Assembly (NCBI GenBank): GCA_002104945.1
Contig: MCFH01000080.1
Coordinates: 62,001-126,000 of the forward strand
Source of the DNA: Piromyces finnis finn
Lineage: Eukaryota; Fungi; Neocallimastigomycota
Direction of reading: 5' to 3'
DNA: 64,000 bases
Shown piece by piece: positions 43,621 to 59,366 of this stretch. The notes beneath the pieces are model-generated. The model made no database searches and was not told where the DNA came from. It saw nothing but the letters and a program-made list of their open reading frames with translations. Both the position numbers and the translations under genes were made by a program. Each line of letters opens with the position of its first letter. The first letter of the stretch is position 1.

Positions 43621-45035
43621 TTTCAACACAATATACATTATCGATATTTTTATATAAAATATTTTAATTTTTTTTTTTTTTTGATTTACCTGAATAATTT
43701 AAAGAGTAATGAACACTATATGAATTAATTATTTCAAAGTAATGAACAAAATAAAAATATTTATTATGAAAGTAAATATTATTATATCTATCTAGACTAT
43801 TTATTAAATTTATTTCTTCAAAATTTTCAAGGAAGTGGTAAAAAAATCAAATATTTCCTACGTATCAAAATAAATTAAAATTGGCAATAATATTCTTTAA
43901 ATAATTAACTTGATTACAACAACTAACATAAAGTTTACTAATAAACATAACCTAGGCAACCCTTCAAATTTTTAATTTATTAATATTTGATTATTATTTA
44001 CTAGGAATCAAAAATAGTATCACATGACCCATCATTATTCATTATTACTAATAAAAGATCCATTCCATTAATAATTAATAGGTATTATTTTTATATCTTA
44101 TTCGATTGAAGCTCAAATAATTCCATACAAAATAAAGTTTTGAGAAAAGAAACCTTACGGACTATACTCCGATGATGATTTAGAGGTATAAAAACGCTTT
44201 TTTTTTTTTTAACCAAGAAATGTTATCCTAAGATTATATTTCTTTTTTATTTATATAATTTCCTTTTAATTATCCATATGATAGTTTTTTAATTAATATG
44301 GTGATCAAGCACATTAATTTATGGTTATTAATTATAGATTTATGTACCATGTTAATAAGTCAAAAAAAACAAACAAACGTATAAACAACCTTTATTTTTT
44401 TTTTTAAAAAAATAATAATAAAAAATTTTTTTTCTCCCATTATAATAGAGATAATAAATATAGTTCTGTATAAAAAAAGATCATTGATATTTTGATATAT
44501 TTCCTTTGATCCTCATTTTTTTAACATTCATTTTGTTTTAAATGCTTTAAATATTCGTTCAGTATGAAATCAGTTGAGATATAATTTCAACCAATAAAAT
44601 AATGGCACTTAGAAATTTATATTAAAAAACCCAACATAAAATTTAATATAATATTTATTTGATTTGGTGTTGTCCTACCATCACCAAATCAAACGACAAC
44701 AACAATTTCATTCATTCTAATTAAAAAAAAAAAAGAAAAAGAAAAAATATTATTAATAATACTTTAAAAAACAATTAGATAGTAATCCTATTTTATAATT
44801 TTATTTACCATTCTATCCATATTTTCCAATTTGCGAAAATATATATCTCTTAATAGAAGGAGAAGTATTTGATACGGATGCTGATGATGCTTTTGAATTT
44901 AATTATCATCAATAAAAAAAATACTTTATAATTTTAAATAATTTAAAGTTAAATTAATATTAAAAATTATAAATGTTTTTTATTTTCTAATTAGAAATTA
45001 AAAAAAATATTTTTATTAATACTAATACTATTATT

Positions 45036-45074
<39 letters not shown>

Positions 45075-45507
45075 TGGGTGTGTGTGCGTGTGAGTAAAAT
45101 TATTTTTTTTTTTCAAATATTTAGGAAAATATTACCATCACTTTTTTTAAAAAATGAAAAAATAAAAATTTAATAATAATTAATAATAAAAAAAAATATA
45201 AAATTAAATTTTTATTTTAATATTTCTTTTTTTTCTTTTTTTAAAAAAATAAAATTTTTTTTTGATAAAAGAATTTTTAAAGTTTGTATTTTGATAATAC
45301 AATAAAATAATAAAGTAAAAAAAGTTAATTATAAAAGAAATAATAATAATAATAATAATAAAAAACAAAAAAATAATATTGTTAATAATATTATATATAT
45401 ATATATATAAAAGATATATTTTTTCTCTTTTTTAAAGTCAAATAATATCAAAGTTTATTCTCTACTTTTTTACATCATATATAAATATATTAAATAAAAA
45501 AACAAAA

Positions 45508-45855
45508 ATGAAATTCTTTAAAACTTTAGCCATTGCTTGCATTGCTCTTATTGGTTCATCTTTAGCTTGGGATGATGAAAGAACTGCTAGAGATGATGAA
45601 GAATTAAAAGTTTTCAAATGTAGTCAAAAATGTCAATATTTATTAACTATTCCACCACGTTATGAACAATGGGATCCAAAAGAATGTAAAAAGAATGAAA
45701 TTGAATGTATTTGTTCTGGTGGTACAGATAATGGTTTACTTTTATGTATGGCTGATTGTGTCGGTATTGATTGTGAAGTTTTCGTTGAAATGTTAAAATC
45801 TTCTGATGAACAATTAGTCAAAAATCCAATAGATGAAATGAAGTTTGATCTTTAA
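45508..45855 (+). CDS. Small secreted 8-Cys protein, CFEM-like spacing, intronless
   Basis: Signal peptide MKFFKTLAIACIALIGSSLA. Mature part has C-x3-C-x17-C-x6-C-x-C-x10-C-x3-C-x4-C. Coding-like codon usage (GCT/GGT/TTA) and a TATA-like tract ~45391-45410. Confidence 0.85.
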   Translation: MKFFKTLAIACIALIGSSLAWDDERTARDDEELKVFKCSQKCQYLLTIPPRYEQWDPKECKKNEIECICSGGTDNGLLLCMADCVGIDCEVFVEMLKSSDEQLVKNPIDEMKFDL

Positions 45856-46546
45856 AATCTTTTTCAAAAATTTTTATATCTTTAATTACCACCTATGATA
45901 TTACAATACTTTTTTTTCTTTCTTTTTCTTTTTCTTTTTTTTTTTTCAAGTTTTAAATGTAAACATTAATTAGCTATAAAAAAAAAAAAGAAGAAAAAAA
46001 AAAGTAAAGAAATAAATTATTTTTTATTATTTCCTTTTCTGAAATAAGAAAAAAATAGAAAAATGGAAAAATGAATACAATGTTAATATCAAGACAAAAA
46101 AAGTAAAAGAGGAAAACAATAACAATAACAACAACAACAACAACATTACATAAAAAATAAAAATAATAAAACGAAATCAATTTTTTATTATTAATATTTT
46201 TTTTTTTGTAAAATATATACCTCAAGTAAATGAAACAAAAAAATAATAAATAAAAAAATAAATAAATAAACAAAACAAATAAAAATATTAATTTGAAATG
46301 TGTGATTCCTTTTCCATTTATTATTATATATTTGATATTTGTTATATAAGGACGTATAGAATAAGAGAAGTAAGAATTTTTGATGAATAATAATAATAAT
46401 AAAAAAGTAAATTTTGACTAATTAATTGATTATCAATTTAATTCTATTAAAAGATTATATATATGCTTTTTTTTTTTTTTTTTTTTTTTATTATTATTAT
46501 TCTAATATTATAAATAAATAATTACAATAGTTAAAAAATAATAGGT

Positions 46547-46581
<35 letters not shown>

Positions 46582-46686
46582 GGATTTAGATAAATGATAG
46601 TGTTAAATTAATATAACGAGATATTTTTTTTTTTTTTGAAAATCATTGAAATTTAGTAAATAACAAATAAACAAATAAATAATAAA

Positions 46687-47663
46687 TTATCGTTTTCCCT
46701 TTTTTTTATCTTTACTTAGTTCACTCATATATTGTGTGTATTCTTCTGTTGATAAAGCTGCTCGTTCAGTGAATAAACTATAATTTGGATTATCTGATTT
46801 AAAACATTTCTTTGTATGACAAGTTTTGCAAATAATTTCATATTTTGTTTCATTATCTTATTATTTTTTTTTTTTTAAAAAAAATATTTATATTAATATA
46901 TATATTTATCTTATAAAATATTTATATGTATATCTATGATTATAAAAGTACCATCAATTTGAATGTCTGAAGTTAATCCAGGTATTAAAGGTGTTTTACA
47001 ACATTTACAAATGGATCTTTTAACATTTGGATCCCTAAATAATATATATACATATATTAAAATGATATATTGGTATTTATTATTTTATTATTGAAAAAAT
47101 ATTAAACAATTAAAAAAGAGTTTATGCAGAGATTTTTAAATAAAATATATATATAAACTTTTATAATGGGGTTAACTTTTTTTTTTTTTTAAAAAAAAAT
47201 TGAATTATTATTTTTTTTTTTCTTACATTCTTGATACTGTCTTTTGTGCTACTACACCCAAAGTAGTGTTATAATAACGTGCTAATGGTAATAAAGGATA
47301 ATCCTTGTGGATGATGGAATGTATTTTTTCATTTTGTAATCTTTTAGGTGAATCGATATCCATGTTATTTTCATTGGTTAAACTTTTATTTAATTCTGAT
47401 AAATGTTTATTACGTTTGACACGAAGTGGAACTCTTTTTCTTTTTTTTGAAACATTATTCTTGGTAGGTATTTTTTTAATAGTCTTTTCCTTTTCATTAC
47501 TAATAATACTTTTGTTTTTGGGTTCTTCTCCCTTTGATTTTTTTATTTCTTTTGATAGGGTATACGCTAATAAATTGGATGCTTGATATAAAAAATTCAT
47601 TCGAATATTTGGTTCAGTTATTGTAACCGCTTTTGAAAAATCATTTTTTGTTTTTCTTCCCAT
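46687..47663 (-). CDS. RPR2: RNase P/MRP subunit Rpr2/Rpp21/Snm1 family, 3 exons
   Basis: RMNFLYQAS, LARYY, and SR(M)|DPNVKRSICKCCKTPLIPG joined across a GTAAGA..TAG intron; the last exon has IICKTC (second CxxC of the zinc ribbon). Confidence 0.88.
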
Positions 47664-48823
47664 TTTTTTTTTTTTTTTTTATTTAAATTGAAGATAGTTT
47701 TATTATTATTATAATTTTATAAAAATTATTTAAATTGTTTGAAATTGAGAAAAAAAAAAAAAAAAGGTAAAAAGATATATAAAAATTTTTTTTTTAAAAA
47801 AAAAAATATTAAATAAAAAAAAACAAAATTTATTTTATAAAGTTTGTCACCATGCTTTTTTTTTTTTTTAATTTTTATTCTTATACACAAGATTTGATAT
47901 ATTTAAGTAAATGAATAATTAGAAAAGTATGGAAAATAGAAAAAAAAAAAAAAAGGAAAATAAATATTTATTAAAGTACAATATAGAATGATAATATAGA
48001 TAAAATATTATGATCCTTTTCTAATTATAATGTTATAGGATTCACTTTAATCCGTATATAATCTCTAATTCTCTATCTATCATATAATATTAATTATTAA
48101 TTCATATCAAAATACAATTCTATAGAAATAGTATATTTTATCTTTTATTTTCAAAAATAGTGATAATGCCAAAAAAAAAAGTTTTTTTTTTTTTTTTAAG
48201 TATATTACTTTATTTTTATTAATAAAAATAAAATTTATCTAAAACGAAAACTATAAAATGAGCAAAGAATAATAAATAGTTTTGTTAAATTACTAATCTT
48301 ATGATTTGAAAATATAAAATATCTTTTTTCATTTATATAATAATAAATCATTAAAAGGTATAAATAAAATCTTTATAAAGTAAAAGGATTAATAAATTAT
48401 TATTTAATTTATTTTTATGGATTAGTTAGTAGGTTTAGTAAATTTTCATTTAGTTGAAAAGATAAAACAATGTTTTTTTAGTATGGTCAGGAAAAAACTT
48501 TAGTAAAACTTTAGTTTGTCCAAATAAAATAATATATGTTTTTATTTTATTCCTTTATTTTATCCTTGATGATAAAGATCATCCACACTTTAGATATAAA
48601 TATAAATACTTTATTGAATTTTATTCATTTTTGAAGGATTAAAAAAAAAAAAATTATAATATATATATAAATATTAATTTATTATATCCTTTTTTTTTTT
48701 TGATTTTATTATTATTATATTTTAGAGTATTACTTTTTATGTTATTAATAGATTACTTATAATAAAAAAATTCTTTATATACGAAATAACTAATAATAAA
48801 AAAACAGTATTATTATTATAATT

Positions 48824-49031
48824 ATTATAAAAATAAATTAGATAGAATTAGTAAATAATAATAATAATAATATGCAACAACAGCAGTAACAAAGATTATA
48901 ATTTTTTTTTTAACAGAATTTCTTAGGCTTGTGTAACATTTTTTATTCCTTTCGGTTGTGGTTTAGTAAATTTGATTATTTTACTTTTTTACTTTGTTAA
49001 TAATTAAATTAGTGGTGATTTCAATATTGCC
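48824..49031. repeat. Arm A of a ~210 bp inverted duplication (partner 50443-50659)
   Basis: Reverse complement of 50443-50659, e.g. CAGAATTTCTTAGGCTTGTGTAACATTTTTTATTCCTTTCGGTTGTGGTTTAG, with a few indels/substitutions. Confidence 0.92.
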
Positions 49032-49404
49032 TATTATTTGTTCAACTTATTTCATAGCCTTTTTTTATTTTATGTATGCAATTTTATTATTAATCTTAAG
49101 TTACAAAAAAAGTGAATAGTAAGTAAAATAAAATAAAATATATTAAAAAAAAAAGGTAATGTAAATTTTAAAATGGAAATATTCAAATATACACACATGC
49201 AATAATAAAACATAAAATAATAAAAAAAAAATATTTAGTTTTAATTTCAAAATTTTATTTCAAAAAATATTTTTTTAAAAAATAAAAAAAAAAGTAAATT
49301 ATGAGTTTTTTTTTTTTTTTTAAATGATAAATAAACATATTTATCATATTAATAAATAATGGATAAATAGATAAATAGAGGAATACTATTTTTTTCATTG
49401 ATAT

Positions 49405-50210
49405 ATTAATTTAGAGTTTATTTATAAAAATTTATAAAAAATAATTTATTTTATTATATTTATGGATTAGTTTTGTTTATTTTGTTTGTATTGTTTGTTT
49501 TATTTCGTTTTGTTTTGTTTTGTGGTAGATTCAGTAATAATGGATTTAATAATCCATGGTATATTTTGTGAATTTAGTTTTATTCTTTCGAATATCTTTT
49601 TTATTAGTGATATTAATCTTTTTTAAAGAACATTTTGTTGTCATTTTCATATTTTCTTTTATAGAATATTGATTTAATGGATTTTCGGGTGAATTTTTCC
49701 AATCTCTTTGAATATGTTTTTCTAAATCGGATCTTGAATAGACGATGCCATTTTCTTTATATTCCTCAATTTTTCTTTGTTTAAAGAATTGATAAGCTTT
49801 TGGAATATTTATTAAATTCTTTTGATTTAATTCATTTTTATTTACACTCCAAGTGTTATCATTATCATCATTATTATTTGTAAATGAAATTATTGAATTA
49901 TCAATAGAATTTTCCATTTCACCCATGTAAGAAGAAGAAGTCGTTTTCTTATTTTTATTTTTTTGCTTTTTTGATCTTCTTATAGCGACTTTATATGATT
50001 CTATCATTAATTTTTTAAAAAAAATTTAAATTTAAAAAAGAAAATCAAATTAATTAAATATTAAAGTTTACAAGTTATAATTTTATAATAAGTATAATGA
50101 TCATTTATTATAAATAAATAATATAATTAAAAATTGAAAAAAAAAAAAAAAAAATACATACTTTCATTAAAAACATTATTACCATAATACTTCATTTTTT
50201 ATTAATATTT
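49405..50210. repeat. Arm B' of an ~806 bp inverted duplication (partner 51135-51941)
   Basis: Reverse complement of 51135-51941. It spans a whole gene including its intron. Confidence 0.95.
49546..50195 (-). CDS. HMG-box-like/YABBY-type small nuclear protein, copy 1 (2 exons)
   Basis: Exon 1 MKYYGNNVFNE(K) with a GTATGT donor. Exon 2 contains KAYQFFKQRKIEEYKENG..SDLEKHIQRDWKNSPENP, matching the AY..F....I...K...... W..SPENP helix pattern of fungal YABBY/HMG-box_2 proteins. Confidence 0.7.
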
Positions 50211-50404
50211 TTTTTTCTTTATAAAACTTTTTAAACTGAGTATATTTATTATTATTATATATATATATTATTATTATTAATTTATAATATTTATTAATAA
50301 TTGGGTGGTGGATAGTTATTATAATAATAATAATAATAATAAAGCAAAAAAAAAAAAAAAAAAAGAAATTCATTTCAATATTTATACTTTTTTTTTCCTT
50401 ATTC

Positions 50405-50435
<31 letters not shown>

Positions 50436-50442
50436 GAAATTT

Positions 50443-50659
50443 GGCAATATTGAAATCACCACCAATTTAATTATTAACATAGTAAAAAAAAAAAAAAAGT
50501 AGAATAATCAAATTTACTAAACCACAACCGAAAGGAATAAAAAATGTTACACAAGCCTAAGAAATTCTGTAAAAAAAAAATTATAATTTTTATAAAATAA
50601 TACTGTTGTTGCATATTATTATTATTATTTACTAATTCTATCTAATTTATTTTTATAAT
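50443..50659. repeat. Arm A' of the ~210 bp inverted duplication
   Basis: Reverse complement of 48824-49031. Confidence 0.92.
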
Positions 50660-51134
50660 GAAAAATAGATCTTCAAAGATTTATATTTAAAATATATTTA
50701 AAAAAATAAAATAAAATTGTTAATAGTTGTTATATGAAAAAAAAAATAAACTTTTACCAAAATAATTTTATTTCTTATTTTATTTTAATAAATAAATATT
50801 AATTAATTATAGATTACAAAGATTTAAAAAGTTTTTTGTGGATTAGTCATTTTTAAATAAGTTGATGATTTTTATAAATATATATTTTGAGGAAAAGTAA
50901 ATCAAATAGCATTAATAAGTAAAAATAATAAGTAAAAAAAAAAAGAACAAACATTTATATAATATTAATATTAAAAATTAAGAGAATAATTAGAAAAAAA
51001 AAATATTTAAATAGAATAATTTTTTACTTTTTTTTTTTTTTTTAAACATTAAAAAATATATATATTTTTAAAAATTTAAATTAATAAAAAAGTATTAAAG
51101 ACTTTACATCTCTAAAATAAATAAAATTAATAAT

Positions 51135-51941
51135 AAATATTAATAAAAAATGAAGTATTATGGTAATAATGTTTTTAATGAAAGTATGTATTTTTTTTTT
51201 TTTTTTTTTCAATTTTTAATTATATTATTTATTTATAATAAATGATCATTATACTCATTATAAAATCATAACTTGTAAACTTTAATATTTAATTAATTTG
51301 ATTTTCTTTTTTAAATTTAAATTCTTTTTAAAAAATTAATGATAGAATCATATAAAGTCGCTATAAGAAGATCAAAAAAGCAAAAAAATAAAAATAAGAA
51401 AACGACTTCTTCTTCTTACATGGGTGAAATGGAAAATTCTATTGATAATTCAATAATTTCATTTACAAATAATAATGATGATAATGATAACACTTGGAGT
51501 GTAAATAAAAATGAATTAAATCAAAAGAATTTAATAAATATTCCAAAAGCTTATCAATTCTTTAAACAAAGAAAAATTGAGGAATATAAAGAAAATGGCA
51601 TCGTCTATTCAAGATCCGATTTAGAAAAACATATTCAAAGAGATTGGAAAAATTCACCCGAAAATCCATTAAATCAATATTCTATAAAAGAAAATATGAA
51701 AATGACAACAAAATGTTCTTTAAAAAAGATTAATATCACTAATAAAAAAGATATTCGAAAGAATAAAACTAAATTCACAAAATATACCATGGATTATTAA
51801 ATCCATTATTACTGAATCTACCACAAAACAAAACAAAACGAAATAAAACAAACAATACAAACAAAATAAACAAAACTAATCCATAAATATAATAAAATAA
51901 ATTATTTTTTATAAATTTTCATAAATTAACTCTAAATTAAT
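51135..51941. repeat. Arm B of the ~806 bp inverted duplication
   Basis: Reverse complement of 49405-50210. Confidence 0.95.
51150..51800 (+). CDS. HMG-box-like/YABBY-type small nuclear protein, copy 2 (exons 51150-51183, 51347-51800)
   Basis: Protein identical to copy 1 (the ORF track shows the same 153 aa). Intron 51184-51346 is GT..AG and restores the frame. Confidence 0.7.
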
Positions 51942-54485
51942 CAAAAATGCAACAATATCACATCCAATTATTTTATATTATTTATATACTATCTATTTTA
52001 AAAGAAATTCTATAATGATTGTTAAAAATGTAATAGTTATATATATAATTATATAATATTCCTCTCTAGTTAATAGTTTTATTATTATTAAATAGTTTTA
52101 ATCTTTTAAACATGGATTCATATATCATTTCAATTTTTTTCAAATTTATTACTATATTAATAATAAATAGTTATTTAATATGAATAGCATAGTTTAAAAT
52201 ACAATAATTATTTTTAAAATTTAACTATTGTAAATTACATCTCATGAATGATAAATAAATAAGTAAATAAATAAAAATATATTTAATTTTTTTTAGTAAT
52301 TAATTTGCTACTACTTATTGATACAACTATTTAAAGTGTAACCTATAAACCTATATAATAATTACTTAAATATTATAATATTATGTTGAAGATAATAGCA
52401 AAATACTAAGGGCGCATTTTGAATCAGTAAAATAAAACTTCTTTTTACTTTTTATTTTTTCTTTATAAATAATTTATGTATATTTATGTTAAAAACTAAT
52501 TAAAGGAAAGCTTAAGAGATGTGTTTTTTTTTTATTAAAAAATAACAAATTATTTTTTATGATCTAAAAAAAAAGTCGTCAATGTTTATCGATAATTTAA
52601 AAGATAATTATTATTTTTTTCTTATCTTAAAAATTTTTTATATGTTTTTTAATATTTTTATTCATATTATATAATAATATTATGGTTTATTGTGGTATGA
52701 CAACAACTGAAGATGTACTAGAAATCTATGATATTAATTTGGTAGCATTTTTGAGAGACAAAGAATAAAATGTTAATAAAATAATAAAAAAAAAAAAACA
52801 GTAGTTTAAAATAAATGAACTGGTGAAAATCATAAATTTTTATAATATGAAAGGATTTATGGCACAGCTTGTATATATATGCTTCAGATCTTTAAATAAT
52901 ATTAAAATCTTATGAATCATTTTATGTGTGTTTAAAACATTTATAAATATATTTATAATCTTTTTTAAGTAGTTTACATGAACAAGTTTATATTTTTGTA
53001 GCAAAGAATAATTTTATTTATCATATCTTGAATGATATGCCTATTAATAGTAGTAACGTTCCAACGCTTTATATGAAATTAAATGTGATAAATTAATAAT
53101 TTTTTACTTTCGATAATAATTTTCATATGGATTCGGATAAACAATCAGATGGGTATCCTTTTGTTAAGAAGATATTTTTATATTAATGTTAATGAAAATC
53201 TCTTCATATTTAAAGTAGTTCTAATGAATAGCTTTACGAAAAAATATTTAAAATTAATTTCTGGTGTCTTTATTTTAAAGGAAAAGGGTATTAAAACTAA
53301 AAAAAAAATTACAAATAGTAAATTTTAGGACTCCGTAATGAAAATTACATAGAATAATAATCTTTGAAAAGGAATACATTATTATTGTTATTAAAAGTAG
53401 ATGTTCTATTGCCAACTCTAATCATGATGATATTCATCTTATAATTAATGATGATTAAATAGATGCTATTTAAAAAGGCCTTAAAAAAGGTCAAATCATT
53501 GATATTATTAAATAGAGTTGATAATATAACAGTTAATAGTAAAAGAGATATACTATGGTTTGCATAATTGTTATAGATTATTATAAACTTCTTTTCAAGT
53601 GTACCTTTCATCCTACCATCTTTTTCAAGTAGTGAATTGGGTTACACTGGCAACAAATTAAATATTTTATATATTAATATAAACCAATATATTTCAATAA
53701 ATTAAAATATATTATCCTATTTAATAATCTTATATATTAAATACTTTTAATTTTATTGTTATTTCTCCATTTTAATTTTTATATATTCAATCTATATATT
53801 ATTTAATATATTTCTATATAATAAATTTTATATTAAAAATGTTTTTTTTTTTAAAATTATTCCCCACACTTTTTCTTGTTAAAAAAAAATTAATTAAAAA
53901 GAATAAATTAATTAATTAATAGAATTTATTATATTTTGGTAAGTCAAAAAAAAATTTGTAATAATTAAAAAAAAAGATGGAAAAGATGGTTCATGATTAG
54001 GAATCTTTCTGAATTTATATTGGTTCATAAGGAAATAAGCAAAATTTAAAAAGTTTAAATATTTTTAAAAAAAATTATTTTTTAATTTTTCTTTTAAATT
54101 TTTTATTATTGAAAAAGGTTTAAAAAGGGAAAGACTTGAAAGAAACCATTAATATATTCATAGTAAACTCTATCACAGTGTAGTATATCATTAGTGTAGT
54201 ATATCATATCATCACATTTGGTATTTTAAAAAAGTTTGATACAACTGAAAAATTATTAAAAGGTAAGATTTTTTTTCTTTTAGAAATGTTGGTTTTAAAA
54301 CTCTTTATTTAATAAAATAAAAAAAAAAAGTCTTTTAAAAAAAAATAAAATATTGTATGTGTTAAGCTTAGGGAAAAAGAAAGACAGTTTTTTTTTTTTT
54401 TCCTTATTGAAGAAATTTTTAATTATAATATTAAATCTTTAAATATTTAAAATTACTTATGGAAGTAATAGAACAATTAAAAATG

Positions 54486-54516
<31 letters not shown>

Positions 54517-54799
54517 AAAAAGAAAAAGAAAAGAAAAGAAATAGATAAAATGTCTTTTTTTTTTATTAAGTATAAAAAGTTGAATTGCATATTTTGGTAT
54601 TAAAGTAATATACAAATTATTTAATAATTTTAAATTTCAAATTAAATATTATTTTTTAAAAAAATATTTTTTAAAACTTGGGTATTAAAAAAATTTTTTT
54701 CCCCTTATATAAATAATTAAAAATTTGATAATAGCTCAAAAAGACAAGTAATAATTTTAAAAGTTAAAAAAATATATATAAAATAAATCGATTTGTACA

Positions 54800-54836
<37 letters not shown>

Positions 54837-55013
54837 AAGAATTGATTAATTTATGTATTAAAAAAATACATATATATATTATATAATAAAGCTTTAAATT
54901 AAACTAAAAATAAAAATAAATAAATAAATTTTGAAATGAAAAAATATAATTAAAAGTTATTTATATAGGTAAAGAATAAAATTTGATTTTATGAAAATTC
55001 TATTTATTTTTAT

Positions 55014-55069
<56 letters not shown>

Positions 55070-55600
55070 AACACAAATTTATTATTATATATAAATTAAT
55101 TATTTTAGTAGAGAAAACTATATTGTTTTGTTATTAAAATTTTTGATTCTATCTTTATATGTATATGTATATATAATAATTAATAAAAATACCTATAATA
55201 ATCAATATATTAAAGTTTAATAGTTTCAATCTCATTTCAAAAATTAAAAGACAAGTAAATAAAACTATATACAAATATGTAAGAAATAAAATATATTTTT
55301 AATTATATATATATATGCATCTTCTCTTTCTCTTTATTCATTAAATTTATTTTTCTTATAATTTAACAATATACGTAAATATAGAATTCTTTGAAAAATT
55401 AATATATCAATTTTTTAATAAATTAAATTATATCTCTAAAATACAATACCAAAAGATAATTCAATTAAATTGAATTAATATTTTATATTTTAAATAATAT
55501 TAATATATATATATATATATTGTTATTCAAACAGAGTATTTAAATATACAAAATAATAAATAAATAACAACTTCAAAATTGATTTTTGAAATTAAATAAA

Positions 55601-58768
<3,168 letters not shown>

Positions 58769-59366
58769 AATTTTAAAGATTAAAAAAAAAAAATAATAAT
58801 AATAATAATAAAATAAAATAAAATAAAATAAATAATAAGGATAATAAAAAATAAAATAAAAAAAGATTTTAAATAAATTATTCTTTTCCCTTTTTATAGT
58901 GAATTATCATATTATTTAAAAATAAATAAATAAAAAAAAAATAATAATAATAAAAAAAAAATAAAAATAAAAATAAATACTATTAAAAATCATTATCTTT
59001 TTTTTTTTTTTTTTATATTATTCTATTTCATTTATGTAATGTACATTTGATTATCTTATATACAACTATTGATGATGTTAATAAACCAATTTAAAAAAGA
59101 TTAGTAACTAATTAAAATTTAAAATAGGATATTTTTCTTTTTTTTTTTTTTTTTTTTTTTTTTTGAAATAGACTTATAAATGTAAATTCTACAAAGAAAA
59201 AAAAAAAAAAAACTTTTAAACTTTAAAAAAAATTTTAGCACGCCTTCTACTTTAAACAAATTTATTGTACTTTAGATGAAAAATTTTAAATGTAGCTATT
59301 TTTAATCATATAAAAATTCTATCCTTTTTAATTTTTTTTTCTTTTCTTTTGTTTTGTGGTATCTAT

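Noticed and set aside
52650-53660. Possible decayed coding region or transposase, including ORF 53345-53611
   Set aside because: Slightly coding-like composition, but every frame is riddled with stops and no recognisable motif (DDE, RT, Rep) was found.
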